Shown piece by piece: positions 19,352-28,882 of a stretch of 64,000 nt of DNA. Source of the stretch: an uncultured virus (IMG/VR IMGVR_UViG_3300047548_000808) (Duplodnaviria; Heunggongvirae; Uroviricota; Caudoviricetes); the IMG/VR virus record IMGVR_UViG_3300047548_000808. One strand, written 5' to 3'. Each line of letters begins with the position of its first letter. Position 1 is the first letter of the stretch. Position numbers and translations under genes: made by a program. The notes beneath the pieces are model-generated. The model did no database searches, was not told where the DNA came from, and saw only the letters and a list, made by a program, of their open reading frames with translations.

Positions 19352-19492
19352 GGTAGAGGTGCCCTTGTGGGCCCTAGTTTAGCACGTTGGATTTTGTAAG
19401 TTAAATGGTGTAAAAGCCCAGAAATCCTTTTGAGGGGAAATTCCAGGCTTTCTTGTCAAATTAACGGCACGTTTGGGGTGCCCTTGTTTTGT

Positions 19493-19702
19493 TTAGTTGT
19501 CGGTTATGCGACGAACCGCGGAACCCTTGTAGAACATGTCGCTTGCGATTTCGTAAGTAAGGCGAAAGATAGTTCCGCTCAGGCTAGTAATAATATCGAT
19601 ACGGTCACGCAGCTCTTCGTAGGGAAGCACGTGAAGGTCAGCAGCCAGCGTTTTGATTTTGTTGCGGGCGGCTTCTATTTTGAGGAGTCGGGGATCGGTC
19701 AT
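19493..19702 (-). CDS. Hypothetical protein
   Basis: 69 aa; CTGAAAG leader. Confidence 0.65.
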   Translation of the reverse strand: MTDPRLLKIEAARNKIKTLAADLHVLPYEELRDRIDIITSLSGTIFRLTYEIASDMFYKGSAVRRITDN

Positions 19703-19756
19703 TTGAGTCTTTCAGTTTGAAGTTTTATCTGGGGAGTTCAACTCCCCAAATTTAAA

Positions 19757-20503
19757 TTACAGGCCGTTCAGCAGAAAAAGTGCTTGAACCATCCTCAGTC
19801 GTTCTTCTCCCAATTCAGTTCCACCACGAGTTTCAGTCCAGTGTTTCACTGCTTCCTCCCGAGTAAAATCCCTGCATCCTGCTTGGATTTTATTGGTTGC
19901 CGGGTCAAGGAAACAAGTGTAATTATCACTCGTATTGATACTCACAGGAGTTTTATTCAGAGAAACACGAACAATCATTCCTGCGTTGACTCGTGCATAC
20001 CCAGAAACCTGTGCATTTTCATAAACCCGTGCATACCCAGAAACCTGTGCATTTCCATAAACATGTGCATTTCCAGAAACCTGTGCATTTCCATAAACAT
20101 GTGCATTCCCATAAACCCATGCAGAGCCATAAACCCATGCAGAGCCATAAACCCGTGCAGAGCCATAAACCCGTGCAGAGCCAGAAACCCATGCAGAGCC
20201 AGAAACCTCTGCATACCCAGAAACCTCTGCATACCCAGAAACCTGTGCATTTCCAGAAACCTCTGCATACCCAGAAACCTCTGCATACCCAGAAACCTGT
20301 GCATTTCCAGAAACCTCTGCATACCCAGAAACCTGTGCATTTCCAGAAACAAAGCAACTACCTTCCTGAGAAAGGTTTTCTTTCTTCTCGATCCAGCCTC
20401 CTACCAGTTGATCAGAGATCCGACGGATGCGTTGAAGAACAACACCGTTGAATTCCTTGGTTTCACCAGTGAATTCGTACTTCTTTTGAGATTGAGCGGT
20501 CAT
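19757..20503 (-). CDS. Hexapeptide-repeat (left-handed beta-helix) phage protein, copy A
   Basis: KKYEFT...GGWIEK.ENLS N-terminus; 20 V(S/Y)GxA-type units; AGCRDFT C-domain. Confidence 0.85.
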   Translation of the reverse strand: MTAQSQKKYEFTGETKEFNGVVLQRIRRISDQLVGGWIEKKENLSQEGSCFVSGNAQVSGYAEVSGNAQVSGYAEVSGYAEVSGNAQVSGYAEVSGYAEVSGSAWVSGSARVYGSARVYGSAWVYGSAWVYGNAHVYGNAQVSGNAHVYGNAQVSGYARVYENAQVSGYARVNAGMIVRVSLNKTPVSINTSDNYTCFLDPATNKIQAGCRDFTREEAVKHWTETRGGTELGEERLRMVQALFLLNGL

Positions 20504-20589
20504 GTTTGGCTTTCAGTTTGGTGGGGTTAGGGCAGGAAGCTGCCCATGATTCATTGTACCATGGACATACACAGATGTCAATAGAAGTC

Positions 20590-20787
20590 TTAGCGGTAGT
20601 ATCGGAGTCCGTCTTCAGGACAAATAATCCAGCATTTTGGCATGCCCTTTTTATCTTTCCACAATGCTACGGGGAAAATCTTATAGTGCGTTGCACCTTG
20701 ACCGAACTTTATTTCTTGCTGAGTAGGTTTACGATGGCCCTGAACTTCTTTTATTTCAGGGCGGAAGGGCAGAACTGATTTTCGCAT
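20590..20787 (-). CDS. Small hypothetical phage protein
   Basis: 65 aa; GGAG RBS. Confidence 0.65.
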   Translation of the reverse strand: MRKSVLPFRPEIKEVQGHRKPTQQEIKFGQGATHYKIFPVALWKDKKGMPKCWIICPEDGLRYYR

Positions 20788-20861
20788 TTTAGACTCCAGA
20801 GGGGAGCATATATGCTCCCCGATTCGGCTAATTAGTATTCGTAGCTGGATTCAATAGCAGG

Positions 20862-21572
20862 TTATTCGTCCTCAGCATAACCGTGGTCGTCGTAATAGTC
20901 ATCATAGTACGAACCAAGTTCAGCATCCCATTTTTCTTGTTCCTTATTACGGTTATCGACGTATTCAAAGAGTTGCTGATGACGGCCTTCGAGAATTTCT
21001 TTCAGGAAGCGATTAGCGTCACGCTTGGAACGAAACACTCCGAATTTAGGTTGGAAGTGACCAAATCGATTTGTCTGTCCACCACGGATAAAGCCTTGCT
21101 CCACGTACTGTGATTCATTTCGTAGTGCAGCATAGCCAAGAGACGATTCACGGCTACTACATACCACAGAATAGAAAGTTTTTCCGTCCTCGTTACGTAC
21201 CCTTCGCGCAGTTGCAACCGCAAGACACTCGATATTCGATTTCGGTTTACGAATGAAAGCAGTTGAATTGAACAATACGCTGTCTTCTTGGCCTTCTACC
21301 TTTTGCACAAAGTTGTTTTCTGCCAGTTGTTCGGCGGTCTGTCCGTAAAATACCTTCTTCGGATCGAAGGCCGCATAACCCCATCCGTTAACGTTGGTAC
21401 AATAAATGTGGTGAATATGGCCGACAGTACGAGAAAGCTTGTGCTTAGGAAACTTGACACCATTAGGACGAAGGGTTTGCATTTCCCATTTGCCAATGAT
21501 ATTGGCAACGCGGTAGTAAGTCTGACCGGCACGGATCTTGGAACGGTTCGAGGTTTGCTTGCTATTGGACAT
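20862..21572 (-). CDS. Hypothetical early protein with an acidic Tyr/Asp tail
   Basis: 236 aa; promoter at 21620-21648. Confidence 0.75.
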   Translation of the reverse strand: MSNSKQTSNRSKIRAGQTYYRVANIIGKWEMQTLRPNGVKFPKHKLSRTVGHIHHIYCTNVNGWGYAAFDPKKVFYGQTAEQLAENNFVQKVEGQEDSVLFNSTAFIRKPKSNIECLAVATARRVRNEDGKTFYSVVCSSRESSLGYAALRNESQYVEQGFIRGGQTNRFGHFQPKFGVFRSKRDANRFLKEILEGRHQQLFEYVDNRNKEQEKWDAELGSYYDDYYDDHGYAEDE

Positions 21573-21889
21573 GACTTGCTTTCAGGTTGGGTTTGAGGTG
21601 TGGAAGAGCCCACACCTTCATTGTAGCATGGGAAGCTTTTGGTGTCAAGCGTTACAGCTTGCGAAGGTGGTTTCGATTTCCATGACTTGAGCTTCTTGGT
21701 TAGACATTTCAGTTCTCTTGCTTACGTTGTTGATTGAAGTACTGAGCGGTTTTCGGGTTGTGCATGTTGAAGCTTTTGTTGTATGCAGCGAATTTTCCTA
21801 GTTCACTATTTGAATTAGAGTAGGGATTACTATTTTCTTTTCCCTGTAGGGCGTCTTCTTTTCCGCGGAGAAATGGATTGTTGTGCATT

Positions 21890-22399
21890 TTATTCTCCTT
21901 TCTGCTCGTTCATGTACTTCCACGAGTTCTCCAGATACAGCGGAAGTTTACGCATCACTTCATGATCGAAGGACCACATTACATGATTCTCGATATCCCA
22001 CCAGAAGTTGATAGAATTGGAAGTGAACGGCCACTGCGGAGCGGCTTCGAATCGAGGATTTTCTTTTGCGCGGAGTTTTCCCTCACGCATTTTATGCAAG
22101 TACGGAATATACTGCTCGAATTCCTCGTCAGTAAAACAGTGAAGAACCTTCAACGGCTTCTGCTTTCCAGAACGCGACTTGGTGGTAATTTCTGCAACGT
22201 CGGTAACCCGCATCAAATCACCATCTTCGGGCTTGCGTGTAAGAAAAGCCTTTTCGAGAGCGCGCAGCGATTTAGCGGTTGCACCAAATTCAAATTCTGC
22301 AGAGCCCATGTAGTCCAGACGAACTGCTTGAGAAACGCGCATTTCATCGGTGCGGGAATCGTTGATTTCGGCGCGTTGGATCAGGTAAGGAGTCTTCAT
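21890..22399 (-). CDS. Hypothetical phage protein (DYMGSAEFEFG motif)
   Basis: Start moved to MKTPYLIQ after GAAAG; promoter at 22451-22480. Confidence 0.75.
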   Translation of the reverse strand: MKTPYLIQRAEINDSRTDEMRVSQAVRLDYMGSAEFEFGATAKSLRALEKAFLTRKPEDGDLMRVTDVAEITTKSRSGKQKPLKVLHCFTDEEFEQYIPYLHKMREGKLRAKENPRFEAAPQWPFTSNSINFWWDIENHVMWSFDHEVMRKLPLYLENSWKYMNEQKGE

Positions 22400-22481
22400 G
22401 GTTTGCTTTCGTTGAGGGTTGATTTTGGGTTGGTGCCTTCGCACGCTTTCATTGTAGCATACGAAAGGCACCGTTGTCAAG

Positions 22482-22892
22482 TTACTGGTTAGCTACGTGG
22501 TCAGTCAGGATTTGACGAACCAAATCCTTCAAGATAATTCCTTGAAGCTTGGCTTTTTCTTCCAGCGCATCGAATATTGCTGAATCGATCTTCAAATTCA
22601 GTTCCTTCAGGCCAAGAGCACCGTTGAGTTCTTTCTCTTCCTTATCGGTAGAAGATCGCCAAACTTCTTCTCCGGTAATTTTGAATTCTTCGATTTCGGA
22701 AACACTACATGGAACAAAGTCTCCATTTCCTGTAAGATCAGTTTCCACAGGGTGTTGATCCTCACAGCGAAAGTAACACCTGTCACCTTCGATGGCGTGT
22801 AGAATAACCAGCTCCATGTAATGTCCGTCGGGAACTCCATATAGTTCAAACGTTTTGCCAATATCGGCTTCGGTAAGTTTGCGATTCAGCAT
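22482..22892 (-). CDS. Protein with a C-terminal ribbon-helix-helix (CopG-like) domain
   Basis: LNLKIDSAIFDALEEKAKLQGIILKDLVRQILTDHV. Confidence 0.55.
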   Translation of the reverse strand: MLNRKLTEADIGKTFELYGVPDGHYMELVILHAIEGDRCYFRCEDQHPVETDLTGNGDFVPCSVSEIEEFKITGEEVWRSSTDKEEKELNGALGLKELNLKIDSAIFDALEEKAKLQGIILKDLVRQILTDHVANQ

Positions 22893-22902
22893 TTCAGTTT
22901 CC

Positions 22903-23094
22903 TTAGGAATATTGCAGCGAATCGGATTCAATTCGACCTTCGATCAGATTTTTGGGTACGTGTAAAGCTGTAAGTGCTCCGCCTTTGCCCCACCCATTTG
23001 TACCTTTAAAGTGTAGTTCAGTCTCCACTACATCAGATAAGAGAAACCATAACCAGTGGTCAAATCCGATCAGCTTAACTGCAATGTATTTCAT
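22903..23094 (-). CDS. Hypothetical protein
   Basis: 63 aa within the operon. Confidence 0.55.
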   Translation of the reverse strand: MKYIAVKLIGFDHWLWFLLSDVVETELHFKGTNGWGKGGALTALHVPKNLIEGRIESDSLQYS

Positions 23095-23111
23095 GTTTCA
23101 TTTTCCTTAGT

Positions 23112-23729
23112 TCAGTTGGTGGGTTGCGAGATGTGCAGATTGAAGGACAGGTTATTGATGCGCACGGTTTTCTTTTTTCCTGTTTCGTCGATAGAAACTT
23201 TTACTTTCTCGAAGTTATTCCATTTACGATTCTGCTCGGAATGAGGGCATATAGTTACTGGAATTGATCCATCCAAGATCGCTTTCTTTTCCAGTATCTG
23301 ACTTGGGTAATCTACTTGATAGTAAGGATCTTCATTTTCGTTTAGTTCGCCTTCGGAGAAAATATCATCGTCCTCCTGTTCTGGTTCTTGCATGAACGTT
23401 AGTTCAATAAGATATGCCTTGACTTTCCTTTTAATGTCGGAGGAAAGGAACTTCGCATCAGCACTAGACTTACGTGCGCTCTTATACAAAATTCCAGCGG
23501 GCTGACCTTCAAAATAGATTACTATACTTCCCACCCAAGTATCAGTACACAGCCAACAAGTCAGCCAATACAAGTTGAGCTTATTATCAGACTCAAGCCT
23601 GTCATGGTCCAGATTTCCGTAGTTAGGAATACCTAGATAGTCCTGTAGCCAAGTAAACGAATCAGACCACTTATCATGTTTGTTTTTATCAGACTTGTCA
23701 ACGTAGGTGAGGATATCGATCAGTTTCAT
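23112..23729 (-). CDS. Hypothetical protein
   Basis: 205 aa; AAAGGAAAC leader. Confidence 0.75.
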   Translation of the reverse strand: MKLIDILTYVDKSDKNKHDKWSDSFTWLQDYLGIPNYGNLDHDRLESDNKLNLYWLTCWLCTDTWVGSIVIYFEGQPAGILYKSARKSSADAKFLSSDIKRKVKAYLIELTFMQEPEQEDDDIFSEGELNENEDPYYQVDYPSQILEKKAILDGSIPVTICPHSEQNRKWNNFEKVKVSIDETGKKKTVRINNLSFNLHISQPTN

Positions 23730-23741
23730 TTCGGTTTCCTT

Positions 23742-23978
23742 TCAGTTATTGGATTCGTAATAAGTTTGGCGGCGAAGAAGGTTCGTGTCGGCTTCCGTTG
23801 CGCGTAGTCCAAGCGTGATGGACTCTCCGTAGCACTTGGCGGAGTCTAAGAAGACAAATCCTGCTCCTACTACTTCCTGCCCAATCTGGCGTGCCATCCA
23901 GTCGTGCTGCACAGTATCTGGAAACATAATAATCCCCAGATTTTTGAAATTAATATATTTGCAAGTATTCGGCGTCAT
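23742..23978 (-). CDS. Hypothetical protein
   Basis: 78 aa; first gene after the leftward promoter. Confidence 0.7.
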   Translation of the reverse strand: MTPNTCKYINFKNLGIIMFPDTVQHDWMARQIGQEVVGAGFVFLDSAKCYGESITLGLRATEADTNLLRRQTYYESNN

Positions 23979-24042
23979 GCTTCAGTTTCTTTCAGGTTAG
24001 ATTTAGAAGTGCCCTTGATCCGACTGTGGATCGTGGTGCATT

Positions 24043-24178
24043 TTCAGTATAGCACGGTTCGTATGCGCTTGTCAAGCTAAGGGCAAAGCGACGATTTTTG
24101 AACCAGTGTTAAGGTGCGTTAACAGGACTGTATAAACGAGCCAACTTGACAGCATAGATGAAACCGTGCTATACTGAA
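24043..24178. promoter_or_regulatory. Back-to-back mirror-image sigma70 promoters (TTGACA-18-TATACT on each strand); strand-switch point of the early region
   Basis: Minus 24046-24075 and plus 24146-24175 share AACCGTGCTATACTGAA. Confidence 0.9.
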
Positions 24179-24216
24179 TTGCCGGGCTAATCCGGTGATC
24201 AACCTAAAAGCAAACC

Positions 24217-24423
24217 ATGCTAGTCTCTGAAGTTGAAGTGCATGCGCAAGAAGATATGCTTATAGGTCGCCTTATACACAGGCTGACTGATGCAGTGTAT
24301 GATTTGGATGTGGGAATAGGTGCGTTACATAAAAACAGAAAAGAAGTAATGCTGGAACGCGCTGAGTTCGTAGCTGAAGTGCTACGCGAGGAAATCGCAA
24401 ATCTTAAACTGCAACAAGCCAAA
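24217..24423 (+). CDS. Hypothetical early protein
   Basis: 69 aa directly after the rightward promoter (stop codon ends at 24426). Confidence 0.65.
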
Positions 24424-24526
24424 TAAGGAAACTGAAATGCAAGTACAGAATATATTCTATGGCCTAAGTATTGCAAAGTGCGCGAGTAGATATTGAAACG
24501 CCTAACCAACACTTCGAGGAGTCCCG

Positions 24527-24787
24527 ATGAAACAAGTATGGTTAGTTGACATACAGTTCAAAGATGAAGTTCTGGATACGGCCACCGTAGAACTTCCAGT
24601 GTGCTCGGGTTCGGATAGTTTTATCGCTAAAGAACTGCGTGCGTTGCGGATAAAATCAATCGCACAGAGTCAGTTCATGATTCGAGCACGGTATCAACCT
24701 ACGTTGAAAAAGAAACTAGCAGTCAACGGAATTGATCTGCGCCTAGTAACTACTGGCGAACCTGTTTTTATTGAACTCGCTGAGTAA
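24527..24787 (+). CDS. Hypothetical protein
   Basis: GAGGAG RBS. Confidence 0.7.
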   Translation: MKQVWLVDIQFKDEVLDTATVELPVCSGSDSFIAKELRALRIKSIAQSQFMIRARYQPTLKKKLAVNGIDLRLVTTGEPVFIELAE

Positions 24788-24802
24788 TCCAAAGGAAAGA
24801 AA

Positions 24803-25252
24803 ATGAAAGTAATTACTGGAACCAATGAACATAGTTTTAATCTGGAGAACACGAAAGATGTTCTTACTCTGGCAAAAACTCTTGGTGATTCAAAAATCAA
24901 CGAGGCTGCTATTGCTGTTGATTTTCTTAAGCTTCAGGATCGTTCTATGAAGATTGTTTTTTCTGGACGAGAGCTAGAATTTATCAAGGCTCTTGGATGT
25001 GCTAATCAGCCTAATACTTGGGGGGTGGAATTTAATGGAAAACTCAGTTCTGGCTCAGACAGTGAGTATAGTTTTGAACCTCGAAACGCCGAGGAAACTT
25101 TGTTTGTTCTTAAGTCCCTTCTTGCTATTTGCAAGGATGCACTAAAGTGGCTGAAGGCACATCCCTCGCTGAAAACACAAAAGGACAGGGTGACGCAAAC
25201 TGTTACTGTACGCAGCCACACTGGTGAGCTAATCGAGCAGTTCTCGTTTTGA
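24803..25252 (+). CDS. Hypothetical protein
   Basis: AAAGGA RBS; 149 aa. Confidence 0.7.
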   Translation: MKVITGTNEHSFNLENTKDVLTLAKTLGDSKINEAAIAVDFLKLQDRSMKIVFSGRELEFIKALGCANQPNTWGVEFNGKLSSGSDSEYSFEPRNAEETLFVLKSLLAICKDALKWLKAHPSLKTQKDRVTQTVTVRSHTGELIEQFSF

Positions 25253-25258
25253 TTTAGC

Positions 25259-25287
25259 TTGACACCAGACTGGATACGTGGTATAAT
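25259..25287 (+). promoter_or_regulatory. Consensus sigma70 promoter TTGACA-17-TATAAT
   Basis: Similar plus-strand promoters at 27087-27115, 28773-28801, 37612-37640, 54997-55025, 63817-63845. Confidence 0.9.
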
Positions 25288-25330
25288 GAATCATGGGCAG
25301 ATTCCTGCCCTAACCTGAAGGAAAACTGAA

Positions 25331-26011
25331 ATGAATAATCAAGCTCAAACCCAAAAGAAGTATGAATTCACTGGTGAAACCAAAGAATTCAACGGTATCA
25401 CTCTCAAGCAGATTCGTCGGATCTCCGATCAATTGATCGGAGGATGGATTGAAAAGGAAGAAAATCTTTCTCATGAAGGTAGTTGTTTTGTTTATGGGGA
25501 TGCACGTGTTTCGGGGAATGCATGGGTTTATGGGGATGCACAGGTTTATGGGAATGCATGGGTTTATGGGAATGCATGGGTTTATGGGGATGCACGTGTT
25601 TCGGGGAATGCATGGGTTTATGGGGATGCACAGGTTTATGGGAATGCATGGGTTTATGGGAATGCATGGGTTTATGGGGATGCACGTGTTTCGGGGAATG
25701 CATGGGTTTATGGGGATGCACAGGTTTATGGGAATGCATGGGTTTATGGGAATGCATGGGTTTATGGGGATGCACGAGTCAACGCAGGAATGATTGTTCG
25801 TGTTTCTCTGAATAAAACTCCTGTGAGTATCAATACGAGTGATAATTATACTTGTTTCCTTGATCCTGCAACCAATAAAATCCAAGCAGGATGCAGGGAT
25901 TTTACTCGGGAGGAAGCAGTGAAACACTGGACTGAAACTCGTGGTGGAACTGAATTGGGAGAAGAACGACTGAATATGATTACTGCATTGTATGCACTGA
26001 ATGGACTGTGA
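25331..26011 (+). CDS. Hexapeptide-repeat protein, copy B (inverted paralog of 19757-20503)
   Basis: 16 hexapeptide units including a 90-bp super-repeat x3; C-terminal DNA nearly identical to copy A. Confidence 0.85.
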   Translation: MNNQAQTQKKYEFTGETKEFNGITLKQIRRISDQLIGGWIEKEENLSHEGSCFVYGDARVSGNAWVYGDAQVYGNAWVYGNAWVYGDARVSGNAWVYGDAQVYGNAWVYGNAWVYGDARVSGNAWVYGDAQVYGNAWVYGNAWVYGDARVNAGMIVRVSLNKTPVSINTSDNYTCFLDPATNKIQAGCRDFTREEAVKHWTETRGGTELGEERLNMITALYALNGL

Positions 26012-26069
26012 ATTGAAGAAGGGGAATTCTCCCCTTCTTTTCTGTAAACCAAATCTGAAGGAAACTGAA

Positions 26070-26624
26070 ATGACCTCTGACATGAATGCCCATTCCATCG
26101 CCAAGACCTACCTTTTCTATATTCACAATGGTCTGCGATACCTAATCAAGTCCGCAGCAGAGTCCACATTGGAACTTGTACGGAAAGGCGCTAATGGGGA
26201 AGCCGATCATATTTCCCTTAAGTACGACGAACTGAGTGAAGAAAACTTTGCTGTCCTGAAAGCTAACATGGGTAGGCTAGCTGGTGCTAGCCCTAACTTT
26301 CATGGCTATAAACATAAAAAGCATGATTTGTACATCAATCCACTTATGGGTGTCTCGGCTGACGAAGTTCGTGCGCTGCATTCTTCTGGTCAGTATGAGA
26401 TCCAGTTGAAAGCAAAGACCTCTCAATTGTTCATTGAAGAAAACGTGGCTCTTATTTCCAAGAGTGTACTGGCTTCTATCGAAGATTCCGAAGTTTGTGT
26501 TTTTATTTACAAGCCTGCGGATATTGTTGTTGAAGCCATCTCGCAGTTCTTTAACCTCAAGGGCTTCTGGGTGGAACACGAAAAGATGCCTAGCGGAAAC
26601 GTCGCATTCACCCTCTACTGGTAA
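26070..26624 (+). CDS. Hypothetical protein
   Basis: Start moved to MTSDMNAH after AAGGAAACTGAA. Confidence 0.7.
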   Translation: MTSDMNAHSIAKTYLFYIHNGLRYLIKSAAESTLELVRKGANGEADHISLKYDELSEENFAVLKANMGRLAGASPNFHGYKHKKHDLYINPLMGVSADEVRALHSSGQYEIQLKAKTSQLFIEENVALISKSVLASIEDSEVCVFIYKPADIVVEAISQFFNLKGFWVEHEKMPSGNVAFTLYW

Positions 26625-26633
26625 GGAATAAAA

Positions 26634-26903
26634 ATGCGGAATCATCGTAGGGATTATCACGGAGGATTGTTCTTGCGGATTCCGTATCTTCCGTGCAGTT
26701 CATTCTTCACAGCCACCTTTGTGTGTGCATGTGTCTGTGTCTATTCAATCGAAATCGCCAAAGCAGATTGGCTGACCGGCCTTTCTTATGGAATCGGAAT
26801 CCTCTTCTTTGTCTTGTGGATTGGATCTTTATTGCTAAAGTATTTCTGGTACTTTGTTTTTGGTCTGATGTTTCTAGGTCTTGTAGTTTCTCACTTCAAG
26901 TAG
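26634..26903 (+). CDS. Small membrane protein
   Basis: AAGGA RBS; 2-3 hydrophobic segments. Confidence 0.6.
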   Translation: MRNHRRDYHGGLFLRIPYLPCSSFFTATFVCACVCVYSIEIAKADWLTGLSYGIGILFFVLWIGSLLLKYFWYFVFGLMFLGLVVSHFK

Positions 26904-27163
26904 GAGAATGTAATGTTGATGCGTGATGCAGAAAAAGCTGTGAAGGCCCTGATGGAAAAAGGTGATACAGAAAGTGTGGAAGTAATTCAGAAACTTGTAT
27001 CTGAAGTTCGTATTCTGCGAAGTCAGGGACGCCGGCTGAAGCGAAACAAGAAGAGTCTGTGCGTCAAGCTTGAAGGATTGGCTAGCTTGACAACAGACTG
27101 AATATGTGATATAATGAACTATGGGCATACTACGTGGCCTAACCTAACCTGAAGGAAACTGAA

Positions 27164-27649
27164 ATGCGTGAACCGAAACTTATTTACTCCGGCCCAGTCG
27201 AAGACCTCGTTGGCCGTAAGGTTATAAACCAGTCGGGGTACATCGGAACAATAGTTCCAAACAGGTTGCTCAATACTATTGGCTTTAGTAGTCTTCCGAT
27301 TGAAGTGAAGTTTGAGGCAATAACTCTATGGTACAGGGGAGACGGATACTACAGACTTCGCAACGATGAAGGCTGGATTAAATTTGTTGACGAAACCGAA
27401 GAGGATGAAATGACCACGAACCAACTTCAAGCTGAAGAGCAACGCATTGCTGATATTAAACGTAAGGCTGAGAAGGCCCACACTTTGTACAGGCACTATG
27501 AAGGTGTCTACTACAAGGTAGATGCAATTACAGCTAATTTAGTTCATGTATCCTATACGGGAGTTAACAACTTGGATCATCACTTTCAATTCGCTTTTGA
27601 AGACATCGACGCAGAAGACAAGTTCTTTGAACTGACTGAGATCAAGTAA
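27164..27649 (+). CDS. Hypothetical early protein
   Basis: Own promoter and standard leader. Confidence 0.7.
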   Translation: MREPKLIYSGPVEDLVGRKVINQSGYIGTIVPNRLLNTIGFSSLPIEVKFEAITLWYRGDGYYRLRNDEGWIKFVDETEEDEMTTNQLQAEEQRIADIKRKAEKAHTLYRHYEGVYYKVDAITANLVHVSYTGVNNLDHHFQFAFEDIDAEDKFFELTEIK

Positions 27650-27675
27650 TATTTTAACTACCAAAGGAAACTGAA

Positions 27676-28395
27676 ATGACTGAACAACTGAAGAAGATCA
27701 ATCCCGGCATGGGCGTCGCAATCAAGAAGGCTACCGAAGTCGGTATGACGCTTCGCAAGCACATGGGGGAAGAAAAGTTTGCTGCTGATACCAATCCGTT
27801 GAAGACTTTTCGTGATCGCATCCACGAAAAGTCTTATGAGCAAGGTGTCAAGGAAGCTACCGAAAAGCTTAGTGTTGAATGGGGGGAGAAATATGAAGCC
27901 CTGAAGAAAAAGAAGGGTAGCGATATTGATACCAGCAAGTTTGTTGCCAAACACGTTCCTTTTGATGCCGTCCGCGAAATCGCTGCAGAATTTGGTTTCG
28001 AGGTTGACGGAAAGAAGTTTAAGGAGGCTTTGCGCCAGCTTGTTTATATTGGGATGGAACTCGCCAAAGGCAAGGAAGTTTCTGACTTGGAAGACGCCGC
28101 GCTGGAAGATGAGGAAGAAGAATTCAACGAAACTCCAGTGAAGACCGAAGCCCAGAATGTTGTTGAAGTGGAGGAAGAACCGGAAGAACAGCAGGACGAG
28201 CAGGAAGATTCTGGCGAGTGGGATGGTCTGGGAGACGATGCAGATGATGTTTCCCCAGAAACGGCAAAGCTTCTCAAGGTTTTTGAATCGGAGATGGAAG
28301 AAGAACTGGCTCCCCGTATTACTCCGATGAAGCCTAAGATTCACTCCAAGAGTGCTGCGGAGCAGTTTTTGGACTCGTTCGATCTTGAAGACTGA
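27676..28395 (+). CDS. Hypothetical protein with a highly acidic C-terminal half
   Basis: 239 aa; standard leader. Confidence 0.75.
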   Translation: MTEQLKKINPGMGVAIKKATEVGMTLRKHMGEEKFAADTNPLKTFRDRIHEKSYEQGVKEATEKLSVEWGEKYEALKKKKGSDIDTSKFVAKHVPFDAVREIAAEFGFEVDGKKFKEALRQLVYIGMELAKGKEVSDLEDAALEDEEEEFNETPVKTEAQNVVEVEEEPEEQQDEQEDSGEWDGLGDDADDVSPETAKLLKVFESEMEEELAPRITPMKPKIHSKSAAEQFLDSFDLED

Positions 28396-28416
28396 TAGTG
28401 TAGGAAATAAAACATA

Positions 28417-28776
28417 ATGAGAACCGTATTTACAACTAGCTCGCCTGCAACACTACTAGACATGCCTGTAGATGCTAGTTTGTTGTGGGCAGATTTCTAT
28501 GTACGTTCCTCGTTTACTGAAGCACTCAGAGCTTTAGCAGATCCTGATGCTCCACCTCTGCATAGATGGCCTTATATTGGCCGTAGGGTGAACCTTACTG
28601 CAATTGGTAAGGAAGGTACAATAAAATTCCAGTCCAATGGCGGAAGGAACATAGACATGTTTATGCTTAGGATTCTATACGACCCTAAGGACGCAGTAAC
28701 GATTTTCAATCTTATTAACGACGCAGTTCGTCCTACGGGCGACGCAGGATTTTTCCTTTCACTTGAGCGGTCTTGA
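28417..28776 (+). CDS. Hypothetical protein
   Basis: 119 aa; AGGA RBS. Confidence 0.65.
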   Translation: MRTVFTTSSPATLLDMPVDASLLWADFYVRSSFTEALRALADPDAPPLHRWPYIGRRVNLTAIGKEGTIKFQSNGGRNIDMFMLRILYDPKDAVTIFNLINDAVRPTGDAGFFLSLERS

Positions 28777-28882
28777 CAACGGTCTGAGTCTGTGATACAA
28801 TGGAACCAAGGGGTGCCCTAGCCCCTTGCAACCAAACACCTACCTCTAGGGCAAAACAAACCCAACCAAACGAAAGAAGATC

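Noticed and set aside
19784..20530. Alternative-frame and antisense ORFs over the hexapeptide genes (also 25310-26104 and others)
   Set aside because: By-products of an 18-bp repeat lacking stop codons; only the V.G.A frame has a promoter, RBS and conserved flanking domains
19757..26011. Diversity-generating retroelement template/variable repeat pair
   Set aside because: No reverse transcriptase in the window, and the few mismatches are synonymous rather than adenine-specific
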